Positions 9,302 through 19,385 of a stretch of 52,166 nucleotides of DNA are shown piece by piece. Source of the DNA: a virus (lineage: Duplodnaviria > Heunggongvirae > Uroviricota > Caudoviricetes); IMG/VR virus record IMGVR_UViG_2844443253_000003. One strand, written 5' to 3'. Numbering within the stretch: the first letter of the stretch is position 1; every line of letters begins with the position of its first letter. The notes below the pieces were generated by a model. The model did not search any database and had not been told where the DNA came from. It worked only from the letters and a program-made list of their open reading frames with translations. A program made the translations under genes and the position numbers.

Positions 9302-9952
9302 TTATGGAAGGTTTGCTAGTTTTGCATCGACAACTACGCCGATGATTTTGCAGTTTCCGTTGATCTCGATCATCGGATATTGTGGGTTAAGTGGTTTTAG
9401 AAACTTCCTGCCTGCATCAATAACTAACTTCTTGAAAGTTGACTCGTTTTCTCCTTCGAGCTTTGCAACTACCAGTTTCCCGTTACGCGGCTCTACTTCA
9501 GGATCGACGAGTATTATCATTCCTTCAGGGATACTGAGACCGGCCGGAGCCGTCATTGAGTCTCCCTTCACGTCCAACCAAAACGAATCTTCTGAACAGT
9601 CTACGGTTGTATCGTACCAGTTATCTATTGCACGCTTATGATATGGTTCTACAGCTTCCATCCAGCATCCTGCGCTCACCCAGCTAATCAGAGGGTATGA
9701 CCCTCTTGGATCATGCCTACTGTGATAGGCAATGTTTGAAAGACTTTCCTCTCCTTTCATCAGATAGTCAGGGGAACACTTCAACGCATTAGCCAGGGCG
9801 AGAAGATTCTCTCCATTTGGCTCTGTCTCAGAGCGTTCCCACTGAGATATGGCAACATTAGACACGCCGACCATCTTTCCAAGTGCGGCCTGCCTGATCT
9901 TGAGTTCTTTTCTCCGAGCGCGAATGCGCTCTCCCATCAATTGAGTTTTCAT
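9302..9952 (-). CDS. c2: CI-type repressor, P22 C2-like (HTH plus LexA-like S24 autocleavage domain)
   Basis: 216 aa; sequence closely resembles P22 C2 as I recall it (MxTQLMGERIRARRK ... GNCKIIGVVVDAKLANLP). Confidence 0.9.
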   Translation of the reverse strand: MKTQLMGERIRARRKELKIRQAALGKMVGVSNVAISQWERSETEPNGENLLALANALKCSPDYLMKGEESLSNIAYHSRHDPRGSYPLISWVSAGCWMEAVEPYHKRAIDNWYDTTVDCSEDSFWLDVKGDSMTAPAGLSIPEGMIILVDPEVEPRNGKLVVAKLEGENESTFKKLVIDAGRKFLKPLNPQYPMIEINGNCKIIGVVVDAKLANLP

Positions 9953-9959
9953 AGTTAAG

Positions 9960-10032
9960 ACATCTTAAATAAACTTGACTTAAGATTCCTTTAGTGGATA
10001 ATTTAAGTGTTCTTTAATTTCGGAGCGAGTCT
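9960..10032 (+). promoter_or_regulatory. oR/pR region between repressor and cro
   Basis: -35 TTGACT (9975-9980), 16-bp spacer, -10 GATAAT (9997-10002); operator 18-mer ATTTAAGTGTTCTTTAAT at 10001-10018. Confidence 0.6.
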
Positions 10033-10218
10033 ATGTACAAGAAAGATGTTATTGACCACTTCGGAACCCAGCGTGCTGTAGCTAAAGCGTTAGGCATTAG
10101 CGACGCAGCAGTCTCTCAGTGGAAGGAAGTCATCCCAGAGAAAGACGCCTATCGACTGGAAGTCGTTACAGCTGGCGCCCTGAAGTATCAAGAAAGCGCT
10201 TACCGCAAAGCGGCATAA
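10033..10218 (+). CDS. cro: Cro repressor (P22 Cro-like)
   Basis: 61 aa, MYKKDVIDHFGTQRAVAKALGISDAAVSQWK HTH, divergent from cI. Confidence 0.85.
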   Translation: MYKKDVIDHFGTQRAVAKALGISDAAVSQWKEVIPEKDAYRLEVVTAGALKYQESAYRKAA

Positions 10219-10326
10219 GCAAATTGCTCTTTAACAGTCATGGTCCTCATTCCCGCCGAAATGCGGGAATACAACGCGCATAAGTTGATGCGCATAACTT
10301 CTTATTTGTTAAGGAAATACTTACAT

Positions 10327-10605
10327 ATGGAACTTACAAGTACTCGCAAGAAAGCGAATGCAATTACAAGCAACATCCTGAATCGAATTGCTGTACGTGG
10401 TCAGCGAAAGGTTGCCGACGCGTTAGGGATTAATGAATCGCAAATTTCGCGATGGAAAGACAGCTTCATCCCAAAAATGGGAATGCTTCTGGCTGTTCTT
10501 GAATGGGGTGTTGAAGACGAGGAGTTGGCGGAACTGGCTAAGAAAGTAGCCAGAATGCTGACAAAAGAAAAAGCCCCGAAGAACGGCGAATTCTTCGAGG
10601 CCTGA
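10327..10605 (+). CDS. cII: CII-like transcriptional activator (P22 C1-like), start at MELTSTRKK
   Basis: HTH segment QRKVADALGINESQISRWK; position after cro. Confidence 0.7.
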   Translation: MELTSTRKKANAITSNILNRIAVRGQRKVADALGINESQISRWKDSFIPKMGMLLAVLEWGVEDEELAELAKKVARMLTKEKAPKNGEFFEA

Positions 10606-10639
10606 TGTAGAAAGACTGGATCAATCCACAGGAGTCATT

Positions 10640-11539
10640 ATGACAAATACAGCAAAAATACTCAACTTCGGCAGAGGTAACTTTGCCGAACAGGAGCGAA
10701 GAGTGGCTGATATCGATGATGGTTACGCCAGACTATCAAATATGCTGCTTGAGGCTTATTCAGGCGCAGATCTGACCAAGCGACAGTTTAAAGTGCTGCT
10801 TGCCATTCTGCGTAAAACCTATGGGTGGAATAAACCAATGGACAGAATCACCGATTCTCAACTTAGCGAGATTACAAAGTTACCTGTCAAACGGTGCAAT
10901 GAAGCCAAGTTAGAACTCGTCAGAATGAATATTATCAAGCAGCAAGGCGGCATGTTTGGACCAAATAAAAACATCTCAGAATGGTGTATCCCTCAAAACG
11001 AGGGAAAATCCCCTAAAACGAGGGATAAAACATCCCTCAAATTGGGGGATTGCTATCCCTCAAAACAGGTGGACACAAAAGACACTATTACAAAAGAAAA
11101 AAGAAAAGATTATTCGTCCGAGAATTCTGGCGAATCCTCTGACCAGCCAGAAAACGATCTTTCTGTGGTTAAACCGGATGCTGCAATTCAGAGCGGCAGC
11201 AAGTGGGGGACAGCAGAAGACCTGACCGCCGCAGAGTGGATGTTTGACATGGTGAAGACTATCGCACCATCAGCCAGAAAACCGAATTTTGCTGGGTGGG
11301 CTAACGATATCCGCCTGATGCGTGAACGTGACGGACGTAACCATCGCGACATGTGTGTACTGTTCCGCTGGGCATGCCAGGACAACTTCTGGTCCGGTAA
11401 CGTGCTTAGCCCGGCCAAACTCCGCGACAAGTGGAGCCAGCTCGAAATCAACCGTAACAAGCAACAGGCAGTCGTGACAGCCAGCAAACCAAAACTCGAC
11501 CTGACAAACACAGACTGGATTTACGGGGTGGATCTATGA
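10640..11539 (+). CDS. O: replication initiator O (lambda O-like)
   Basis: 299 aa with N-terminus MTNTAKILNFGRGNFAEQERRVADIDDGYARLSNMLLEAYSGADLTKRQFKVLLAILRKTYGW as in lambda O; contains ori iterons. Confidence 0.9.
   Translation: MTNTAKILNFGRGNFAEQERRVADIDDGYARLSNMLLEAYSGADLTKRQFKVLLAILRKTYGWNKPMDRITDSQLSEITKLPVKRCNEAKLELVRMNIIKQQGGMFGPNKNISEWCIPQNEGKSPKTRDKTSLKLGDCYPSKQVDTKDTITKEKRKDYSSENSGESSDQPENDLSVVKPDAAIQSGSKWGTAEDLTAAEWMFDMVKTIAPSARKPNFAGWANDIRLMRERDGRNHRDMCVLFRWACQDNFWSGNVLSPAKLRDKWSQLEINRNKQQAVVTASKPKLDLTNTDWIYGVDL
10988..11115. promoter_or_regulatory. lambda-type replication origin: four iterons plus AT-rich segment, inside O
   Basis: repeats ATCCCTCAAAACGAGGGA-like x4 followed by ACAAAAGAAAAAAGAAAAGATTATT. 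Confidence 0.65.
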
Positions 11540-12237
11540 AAAACATCGCCGCACAGATGGTTAACTTTGACCGTGAGCAGATGCGTCGGATCGCCAACAA
11601 CATGCCGGAACAGTACGACGAAAAGCCGCAGATACAGCAGGTAGCGCAGATCATCAACGGTGTGTTCAGCCAGTTACTGGCAACTTTCCCGGCGAGTCTG
11701 GCTAACCGTGACCAGAACGAACTGAACGAAATCCGCCGCCAGTGGGTTCTGGCTTTCCGGGAAAACGGGATCACCACAATGGAACAGGTTAACGCAGGAA
11801 TGCGCGTAGCCCGTCGGCAGAATCGACCATTTCTGCCATCACCCGGGCAGTTTGTTGCATGGTGCCGGGAAGAAGCATCCGTTATCGCCGGACTGCCAAA
11901 CGTCAGCGAGCTGGTTGATATGGTTTACGAGTATTGCCGGAAGCGAGGCCTGTATCCGGATGCGGAGTCTTATCCGTGGAAATCAAACGCGCACTACTGG
12001 CTGGTTACCAACCTGTATCAGAACATGCGGGCCAATGCGCTTACTGATGCGGAATTACGCCGTAAGGCCGCAGATGAGCTTGTCCATATGACTGCGAGAA
12101 TTAACCGTGGTGAGGCGATCCCTGAACCAGTAAAACAACTTCCTGTCATGGGCGGTAGACCTCTAAATCGTGCACAGGCTCTGGCGAAGATCGCAGAAAT
12201 CAAAGCTAAGTTCGGACTGAAAGGAGCAAGTGTATGA
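11536..12237 (+). CDS. P: replication protein P (DnaB helicase loader, lambda P-like)
   Basis: 233 aa beginning MKNIAAQMVNFDREQMRRIANNMPEQYDEKPQ; overlaps O stop. Confidence 0.9.
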   Translation: MKNIAAQMVNFDREQMRRIANNMPEQYDEKPQIQQVAQIINGVFSQLLATFPASLANRDQNELNEIRRQWVLAFRENGITTMEQVNAGMRVARRQNRPFLPSPGQFVAWCREEASVIAGLPNVSELVDMVYEYCRKRGLYPDAESYPWKSNAHYWLVTNLYQNMRANALTDAELRRKAADELVHMTARINRGEAIPEPVKQLPVMGGRPLNRAQALAKIAEIKAKFGLKGASV

Positions 12238-12524
12238 CGGGCAAAGAGGCAATTATTCATTACCTGGGGACGCATAATAGCTTCTGTGCGCCGGACGTTG
12301 CCGCGCTAACAGGCGCAACAGTAACCAGCATAAATCAGGCCGCGGCTAAAATGGCACGGGCAGGTCTTCTGGTTATCGAAGGTAAGGTCTGGCGAACGGT
12401 GTATTACCGGTTTGCTACCAGGGAAGAACGGGAAGGAAAGATGAGCACGAACCTGATTTTTAAGGAGTGTCGCCAGAGTGCCGCGATGAAACGGGTATTG
12501 GCGGTATATGGAGTTAAAAGATGA
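12234..12524 (+). CDS. ren: Ren-like protein
   Basis: 96 aa beginning MTGKEAIIHYLGTHNSFCAPDVAALTGATVTSINQAAAKMARAGLL. Confidence 0.8.
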   Translation: MTGKEAIIHYLGTHNSFCAPDVAALTGATVTSINQAAAKMARAGLLVIEGKVWRTVYYRFATREEREGKMSTNLIFKECRQSAAMKRVLAVYGVKR

Positions 12525-12597
12525 CCATCTACATTACTGAGCTAATAACAGGCCTGCTGGTAATCGCAGGCCTTTTTATTTGGGGGAGAGGGAAGTC

Positions 12598-13038
12598 ATG
12601 AAAAAACTAACCTTTGAAATTCGATCTCCAGCACATCAGCAAAACGCTATTCACGCAGTACAGCAAATCCTTCCAGACCCAACCAAACCAATCGTAGTAA
12701 CCATTCAGGAACGCAACCGCAGCTTAGACCAAAACAGGAAGCTATGGGCCTGCTTAGGTGACGTCTCTCGTCAGGTTGAATGGCATGGTCGCTGGCTGGA
12801 TGCAGAAAGCTGGAAGTGTGTGTTTACCGCAGCATTAAAGCAGCAGGATGTTGTTCCTAACCTTGCCGGGAATGGCTTTGTGGTAATAGGCCAGTCAACC
12901 AGCAGGATGCGTGTAAACGAATTTGCGGAGCTATTAGAGCTTATACAGGCATTCGGTACAGAGCGTGGCGTTAAGTGGTCAGACGAAGTGCGACTGGCTC
13001 TCGAATGGAAAGCGCGATGGGGAGATCGGGCTGCATGA
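12598..13038 (+). CDS. ninB: NinB (Orf-family recombination mediator)
   Basis: start at MKKLTFEIRSPAHQQNAIHAV after RBS GGGAGAGAGGGAAG. Confidence 0.8.
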   Translation: MKKLTFEIRSPAHQQNAIHAVQQILPDPTKPIVVTIQERNRSLDQNRKLWACLGDVSRQVEWHGRWLDAESWKCVFTAALKQQDVVPNLAGNGFVVIGQSTSRMRVNEFAELLELIQAFGTERGVKWSDEVRLALEWKARWGDRAA

Positions 13039-13391
13039 CTATCAAATCAAATACGCCAGCACACGACAAGGACTGCTGGCAAACGCCGCTTTGGCTTTTT
13101 GATGCACTGGATATTGAGTTTGGATTCTGGCTGGATTCGGCAGCGAGCGACAAAAATGCTCTGTGCACTCACTGGTTAACTGAGGCCGACGACGCGCTAA
13201 ATTCTGAGTGGATAAGCCACGGTGCAATCTGGAATAACCCACCGTACAGCAATATCAGGCCGTGGGTGGAAAAAGCCGCTGAGCAGTGCATACAACAGCG
13301 ACAGACGGTAGTTATGCTTGTGCCAGAGGATATGTCAGTCGGATGCCGGACATTACCGGACAACTGCTGCGGCACCTCAACTCCGATTTGA
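13035..13391 (+). pseudogene. truncated phage Dam-like N6-adenine DNA methyltransferase (N-terminal part only)
   Basis: start coupled to ninB stop (ATGA); motif NPPYS present; ORF stops about 30 codons later where the NinG frame takes over. Confidence 0.5.
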
Positions 13392-13617
13392 TGAACGCAA
13401 TATTCACAAGCAATGCGTGGTGTGCAACCAGCACAAAAGCGGAAATCTCGTTCCGTATCGCGTCGAACTGATTAGCCGCATCGGGCAGGAAGCAGTAGAC
13501 GAAATCGAATCAAACCATAACCGCCATCGCTGGACTGTCGAAGAGTGCAGGGCCATCAAGGCGGAGTATCAGCAGAAACTCAAAGACCTGCGAAACAGCA
13601 GAAGTGAGGCCGCATGA
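13318..13617 (+). pseudogene. ninG: NinG C-terminal fragment (no N-terminal half, no ATG)
   Basis: [16 protein letters not shown]...[43 protein letters not shown]...NSRSEAA matches the C-terminus of lambda NinG as I recall it. Confidence 0.6.
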
Positions 13618-13660
13618 CGTTCTCAGTAAAAACCATTCCAGATCACAAGGGAGAAGGCGC

Positions 13661-14149
13661 ATGGGCATAAGAGAACTAAACCTCACCAAAGAACAGCACG
13701 AGTGGCTGAATGGCTGGCTTGAACTGTGGGGCGCATGGGTTTATTCAGGTCGTCTGGAAAAGCGCATGAGCAGCGTAATAGCTAAGTTCATGGAGAGCGT
13801 AGAGCCGGGAAGAGTTATGACAAGGCCAATGTGTAATGATGATGATGGAATGTTGATTTCTCAGGTCGTCGATTCCGTCATGTACATTGACAAGAAAGCC
13901 TTTGGCATCCTCCTCAGCTACTACGCCCACGGCTCTTCCAAGCACGCCATTGCATCTTACTATCATCGCGTCGCAAGACCTCGCAAGATGTTATGCCGGG
14001 GCGGCGGGCGCATTCAAAAACCATCGCTCGCAACCTGTCGACGGGAAGTTGACGAAATCCTCAATGCCTCGTTGTTTATGATTTACCCGGTTCTGGATAG
14101 TGCGTTTAAAAACCGGAAACGTGTAGAGAAAATTAAACATGTAGCATAG
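13661..14149 (+). CDS. Q: late-gene antiterminator Q (QuuD/Q21-like family), start at MGIRELNL
   Basis: motifs WGAW and RPMCNDDDGMLIS / ILLSYYAHG resemble the E. coli QuuD pattern; position before tRNAs and lysis genes. Confidence 0.6.
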   Translation: MGIRELNLTKEQHEWLNGWLELWGAWVYSGRLEKRMSSVIAKFMESVEPGRVMTRPMCNDDDGMLISQVVDSVMYIDKKAFGILLSYYAHGSSKHAIASYYHRVARPRKMLCRGGGRIQKPSLATCRREVDEILNASLFMIYPVLDSAFKNRKRVEKIKHVA

Positions 14150-14194
14150 AACGTGTTGACATCATTGAGCAAATGAGCAACACTATTCGCATAA

Positions 14195-14237
14195 GCTGCC
14201 GTTAGTGACTCTTAAGTTGCAACGGTGGCTTTTTTTA
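14195..14237 (+). terminator. candidate tR'-like terminator just after Q
   Basis: imperfect hairpin GCTGCCGTT...AACGGTGGC followed by TTTTTTTATTT; candidate -35 TTGACA at 14156-14161 upstream. Confidence 0.35.
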
Positions 14238-14240
14238 TTT

Positions 14241-14315
14241 GGGTCAGTCGTATAAAGGTCATTACGGAAGGCTGTTAACCTTCTTATCGTGGTTCGAGTC
14301 CACGCTGTCCCGCCA
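14241..14315 (+). tRNA. phage-encoded tRNA-Asn (anticodon GTT)
   Basis: hand-folded cloverleaf: anticodon loop CTGTTAA, T-arm CGTGGTTCGAGTCCACG, 3' CCA; one mismatch each in acceptor and D stems. Confidence 0.6.
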
Positions 14316-14320
14316 AACAT

Positions 14321-14396
14321 GCTGGTTTAGCTCCAATGGTAGAGCAGTCGCCTTGTAAGCGAATGGGTAGCGGTTCAAGTCCGTTAACCAGCACCA
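14321..14396 (+). tRNA. phage-encoded tRNA-Thr (anticodon TGT)
   Basis: hand-folded cloverleaf: acceptor GCTGGTT/AACCAGC, D-arm GCTCCAATGGTAGAGC, anticodon loop CTTGTAA, T-loop TTCAAGT, 3' ACCA. Confidence 0.7.
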
Positions 14397-14483
14397 TAAC
14401 TGAGCCGTAGCCACTGGCTATCCTGAATTCATCAGTGATAGTTACGCTGCGGCCTTCTACACATGACCTTCGTGAAAGCGGGT

Positions 14484-14520
14484 GGCAGGAGGTCGCGCTA
14501 ACAACCTCCTGCCGTTTTGC
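14484..14520 (+). terminator. intrinsic terminator after the tRNA pair
   Basis: 10-bp perfect stem GGCAGGAGGT...ACCTCCTGCC followed by GTTTTGCC. Confidence 0.6.
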
Positions 14521-14638
14521 CCGTGCATATCGGTCACGAACAAATCTGATTACTAAACACAGTAACCTGGATTTGTTCTATCAGTAATCGACCTTATTCC
14601 TAATTAAATAGAGCAAATCCCCTTATTGTGGGTAAGAC

Positions 14639-14962
14639 ATGAAGATGCCAGAAAAACATGACCTGTTAGCCGCCATTCTCGCGGCAAAGGAACAAGGCAT
14701 CGGGGCAATCCTTGCGTTTGCAATGGCGTACCTTCGCGGCAGATATAATGGCGGTGCGTTTACAAAAACAGTAATCGACGCAACGATGTGCGCCATTATC
14801 GCCTGGTTCATTCGTGACCTTCTCGACTTCGCCGGACTAAGTAGCAATCTCGCTTATATAACGAGCGTGTTCATCGGCTACATCGGTACTGACTCGATTG
14901 GTTCGCTTATCAAACGCTTCGCTGCTAAAAAAGCCGGAGTAGAAGATGGTGGAAATCAATAA
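14639..14962 (+). CDS. S: holin (lambda S-like, dual-start MKM)
   Basis: 107 aa, apparently near-identical to lambda S as I recall it ([41 protein letters not shown]...). Confidence 0.9.
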   Translation: MKMPEKHDLLAAILAAKEQGIGAILAFAMAYLRGRYNGGAFTKTVIDATMCAIIAWFIRDLLDFAGLSSNLAYITSVFIGYIGTDSIGSLIKRFAAKKAGVEDGGNQ

Positions 14963-15422
14963 TCAACGTAAGGCGTTCCTCGATATGCTGGCGTGGTCAG
15001 AGGGAACTGATAACGGACGTCAGAAAACCAGAAATCATGGTTATGACGTCATTGTTGGCGGAGAGCTATTCACTGATTACTCCGATCACCCTCGCAAACT
15101 TGTCACGCTAAACCCAAAACTCAAATCAACAGCAGCCGGACGTTACCAGCTTCTTTCCCGTTGGTGGGATGCCTACCGCAAGCAGCTTGGACTGAAAGAC
15201 TTCTCTCCGAAAAGCCAGGACGCTGTGGCACTGCAACAGATTAAAGAGCGTGGCGCTTTACCGATGATTGATCGCGGTGATATCCGTCAGGCTATCGACC
15301 GTTGCAGCAATATCTGGGCTTCACTGCCGGGCGCTGGTTATGGTCAGTTCGAGCATAAGGCTGACAGCCTGATTGCAAAATTCAAAGAGGCTGGCGGAAC
15401 GGTCAGAGAGATTGAGGTATGA
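14946..15422 (+). CDS. R: endolysin (lambda R-like lytic transglycosylase)
   Basis: 158 aa beginning [39 protein letters not shown]. Confidence 0.9.
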   Translation: MVEINNQRKAFLDMLAWSEGTDNGRQKTRNHGYDVIVGGELFTDYSDHPRKLVTLNPKLKSTAAGRYQLLSRWWDAYRKQLGLKDFSPKSQDAVALQQIKERGALPMIDRGDIRQAIDRCSNIWASLPGAGYGQFEHKADSLIAKFKEAGGTVREIEV

Positions 15423-15856
15423 ACAGAGTAACCGCGATTATCTCCGCTCTGGTTATCTGCATCATCGTCTGCCTGTCATGGGCGGTTAATCATTACCGTG
15501 ATAACGCCATCACTTACAAAAAGCAGCGTGATAAGGCCGCATCCATTATTACTGACATGCAGAAGCGTCAACGTGATGTAGCTGAACTCGATGCCAGATA
15601 TACAAAGGAGCTTGCTGATGCTAACGCGACTATCGAAAGTCTTCGTGCTGATGTTTCTGCTGGTCGTAAGTGGCTGCACGTCGCCGCCACCTGTGCAAAG
15701 TCAACGACCGGAGCCAGCGGCATGGGCGATGGAGAAAGCCCAAGACTTACAGCAGATGCTGAACTCAATTATTACCGTCTCCGAAGCGGAATCGACAGGA
15801 TAACCGCGCAGGTTAACTACCTGCAGGAGTACATCAGGATGCAATGCCTTCGATGA
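15419..15856 (+). CDS. Rz: i-spanin Rz
   Basis: 145 aa with N-terminal TM segment [20 protein letters not shown]; follows endolysin. Confidence 0.85.
   Translation: MNRVTAIISALVICIIVCLSWAVNHYRDNAITYKKQRDKAASIITDMQKRQRDVAELDARYTKELADANATIESLRADVSAGRKWLHVAATCAKSTTGASGMGDGESPRLTADAELNYYRLRSGIDRITAQVNYLQEYIRMQCLR
15618..15803 (+). CDS. Rz1: o-spanin Rz1 lipoprotein embedded in +1 frame of Rz
   Basis: embedded ORF with lipobox-like LLVVSGC and Pro-rich tail; start codon uncertain. Confidence 0.55.
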   Translation: MLTRLSKVFVLMFLLVVSGCTSPPPVQSQRPEPAAWAMEKAQDLQQMLNSIITVSEAESTG

Positions 15857-16200
15857 TAGCGATAATTTTACTCATCATACTTCACATCTGGCTCTGTAGA
15901 CAGGGTGGTGATCACTTCTGGAGTGAATCCAGATTAAACATCTCATTGCTGATGCTTGACGTTAAGCATATGGCGCGCGGTAAGGGGCTGCGTTGAGATA
16001 AGAGCCAGTCATTACAAATACCAGGATTTAGCCTCGCATTTGCGGGGCTTTTTTACATCTGCAGTAAACCGCGCATCGCAGCGCGTAACAATCCCGAGTC
16101 TTTCAGAAAGCTGAGCCTGAGAACTGCCGTATATGGTGGCGACCATCTCGGGGCGGCTTTTCTGTGCGAACAGGCTCATCTTTCTAAAAGGTAAGACGCT

Positions 16201-16722
16201 ATGAATATCGTTCCACTAAATTACAAAGGCGAACCTATCCGCTTCAATACTGATGGCTGGATTAATGCCACTGATATTGCAAAACGTTTCGGGAAGCGTC
16301 TGGATCACTGGTTGTCCAACGCTGAAACTCTCGAATACGTTAGAGCTCTGGATGAGGTTTATTCAGGTGAACCATCGAAAATTCTACATACCCGTGATTC
16401 CGGGTATGTAAAAACAAGCAAGGCACGAAAGGACAGGGGCGGCGGAACATGGCTGCATCCAAAGTTATCAGTTGCCTTTGCAAGATGGTGCGATCCGAAA
16501 TTCTCCGTATGGTGCGACCTGCACATTGATAGTCTGCTTCGCGGTGAACTGACTGAGCAGCAGAAATATGAGCAAGCATGTCGCATTCGCGATGACCGGA
16601 AATCGAAAGCCAGCAATGGGGCAAGAGAGATGGCTCGCTGGCGATGGGATAAGCCGGTTATTGAAGCAAATGTCGAGTACTGGCGCGAGCAACTGCAGTT
16701 GACTCTCGATATTGCGTGCTGA
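16201..16722 (+). CDS. KilA-N domain protein (antirepressor-like N-terminal DNA-binding domain)
   Basis: N-terminus NTDGWINATDIAKRFGKRLDHWL typical of KilA-N/Bro-N; sits between lysis and terminase. Confidence 0.55.
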   Translation: MNIVPLNYKGEPIRFNTDGWINATDIAKRFGKRLDHWLSNAETLEYVRALDEVYSGEPSKILHTRDSGYVKTSKARKDRGGGTWLHPKLSVAFARWCDPKFSVWCDLHIDSLLRGELTEQQKYEQACRIRDDRKSKASNGAREMARWRWDKPVIEANVEYWREQLQLTLDIAC

Positions 16723-17146
16723 TGGCAAACGCAAAACTGCGTTATCGGAAAAATCAAAGCATTACGAGAACTGAGCAACAGCTATCCATTACAAAGCCCA
16801 TCTACGGGTGGGCTTGATAATGAAACCGGAATTTATTCTGGGTAACCAGTTACGGCAGTACAGCGAAACAACCCAAGCCAGTAAGTGGGGAAATAACACT
16901 GGCAGCCACTGAAAGATGAACCTCCAGCCTTATGGCAAAAAAGATTCTTTGTGGTGGCGGACTGATGGAAAGACATCGGTTATTGCAGAGACCATTCAAT
17001 GAGTGGTCTCGACAATGGCTTATACCCTACACGGGATAACTTAACTGATATCCCCACAAGCGGATAAAGAGATTCTCAATGTCAGGAATCTACTTTTAGT
17101 CCTAGTAATGATGAACTAGATATCAGTTGAGTCGCTTGGGTGGTGA

Positions 17147-17383
17147 TTACGATTCTGCTTCAAACTCAGAAATTAGTTGATGAACACGTTCAGTATATGA
17201 TGGGTTAGAACCTAGAAACTCTTCCACTGTCTGAATGGTTTCATCACCCTCCCATTCAAAATGGCTCACAGGCGACGAATGACCAACCCTGACTTGGTAG
17301 GAGCCATTGTCCAATTTGTCCAGGAATATATAAGTTTCATTATCATGACCTGTATTTCGGTAAAAAATTTGCTTTGAGTTCAT
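17147..17383 (-). CDS. hypothetical small protein (78 aa), AT-rich, opposite strand to neighbours
   Basis: ORF about 38% GC in lysis-terminase gap, antisense to flanking late genes. Confidence 0.4.
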   Translation of the reverse strand: MNSKQIFYRNTGHDNETYIFLDKLDNGSYQVRVGHSSPVSHFEWEGDETIQTVEEFLGSNPSYTERVHQLISEFEAES

Positions 17384-17407
17384 TAAAGAAACCCTCTAGA
17401 GAAAACT

Positions 17408-17959
17408 ATGGCACTCACCGACAAGCAAGAAATGTTCTGTCGCGAGTACCTCATCGATTTAAACGCCACGCAAGCGGCTATTCGGGCGGGGTACAGCGCA
17501 AAGACAGCTAACCGTACCGCATCCGAAAACCTGTCAAAACCTGACATCAAGTTAAGAATCGCCGAACTGAAAGCGCAACGCAATGATCTTATTGGTATTA
17601 ATGCAGAATATGTACTTAATCGCCTTATTGAAATCGACCAGATGGATGTGCTCGACATTCTCCTGCAAAACGGTGAGCTAAAGCCCATTAAAGACTGGCC
17701 TAAGGTATGGCGCACAACGCTATCAGGAATGGATGTCGTGGAGATGGCATCCGCAGATAGCGCCGCACTTCTGAAGAAAATCAAATGGCCTGATAAGGTT
17801 AAAAACCTTGAATTGCTTGGGCGTCATGTTTCTGTTCAGGCGTTTAAAGACAACGTCAAAAATGAAGTGACTGGCGCTGATGGAGGACCAGTCAGAACAG
17901 AAATTACCAACTTAACGCCGGAGCAGGCTGCAGAGGCGTATAGAAAAATGATGGGCTAA
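17408..17959 (+). CDS. terminase small subunit
   Basis: 183 aa beginning [42 protein letters not shown] (terminase small-subunit signature as I recall it); immediately upstream of terL. Confidence 0.75.
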   Translation: MALTDKQEMFCREYLIDLNATQAAIRAGYSAKTANRTASENLSKPDIKLRIAELKAQRNDLIGINAEYVLNRLIEIDQMDVLDILLQNGELKPIKDWPKVWRTTLSGMDVVEMASADSAALLKKIKWPDKVKNLELLGRHVSVQAFKDNVKNEVTGADGGPVRTEITNLTPEQAAEAYRKMMG

Positions 17960-17961
17960 GT

Positions 17962-18136
17962 ATGCCGTTACCATTCCCCTTCGATTTTAAACATCCTGAT
18001 TACCAGATGGTTTTTGAATGGCGGATGGAACGCCTACAGCGCATTCGCCAGAATCCTGAAATATTGCCCGTATTGAAGCAGTTTTACCGAACCAATCCGG
18101 CTCAGTTCATCATCGACTGGGGCATGACAACGGACC
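17962..18136 (+). pseudogene. terminase large subunit, N-terminal fragment (split by IS911)
   Basis: ORF reads ...[10 protein letters not shown] then enters the IS911 left inverted repeat at 18137; continues in frame at 19386. Confidence 0.75.
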
Positions 18137-18208
18137 TGAAGTGGCACACTGAATTTGGCCACCTGAACAGAGGTGATATGCTCACCTCAGAACAACACAG
18201 GTGCTCCA

Positions 18209-19377
<1,169 letters not shown>

Positions 19378-19385
19378 CCACTTCA

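Noticed and set aside
17383-17784. 133-aa minus-strand ORF overlapping the terminase small subunit gene
   Set aside because: Antisense overlap with a confidently assigned gene.
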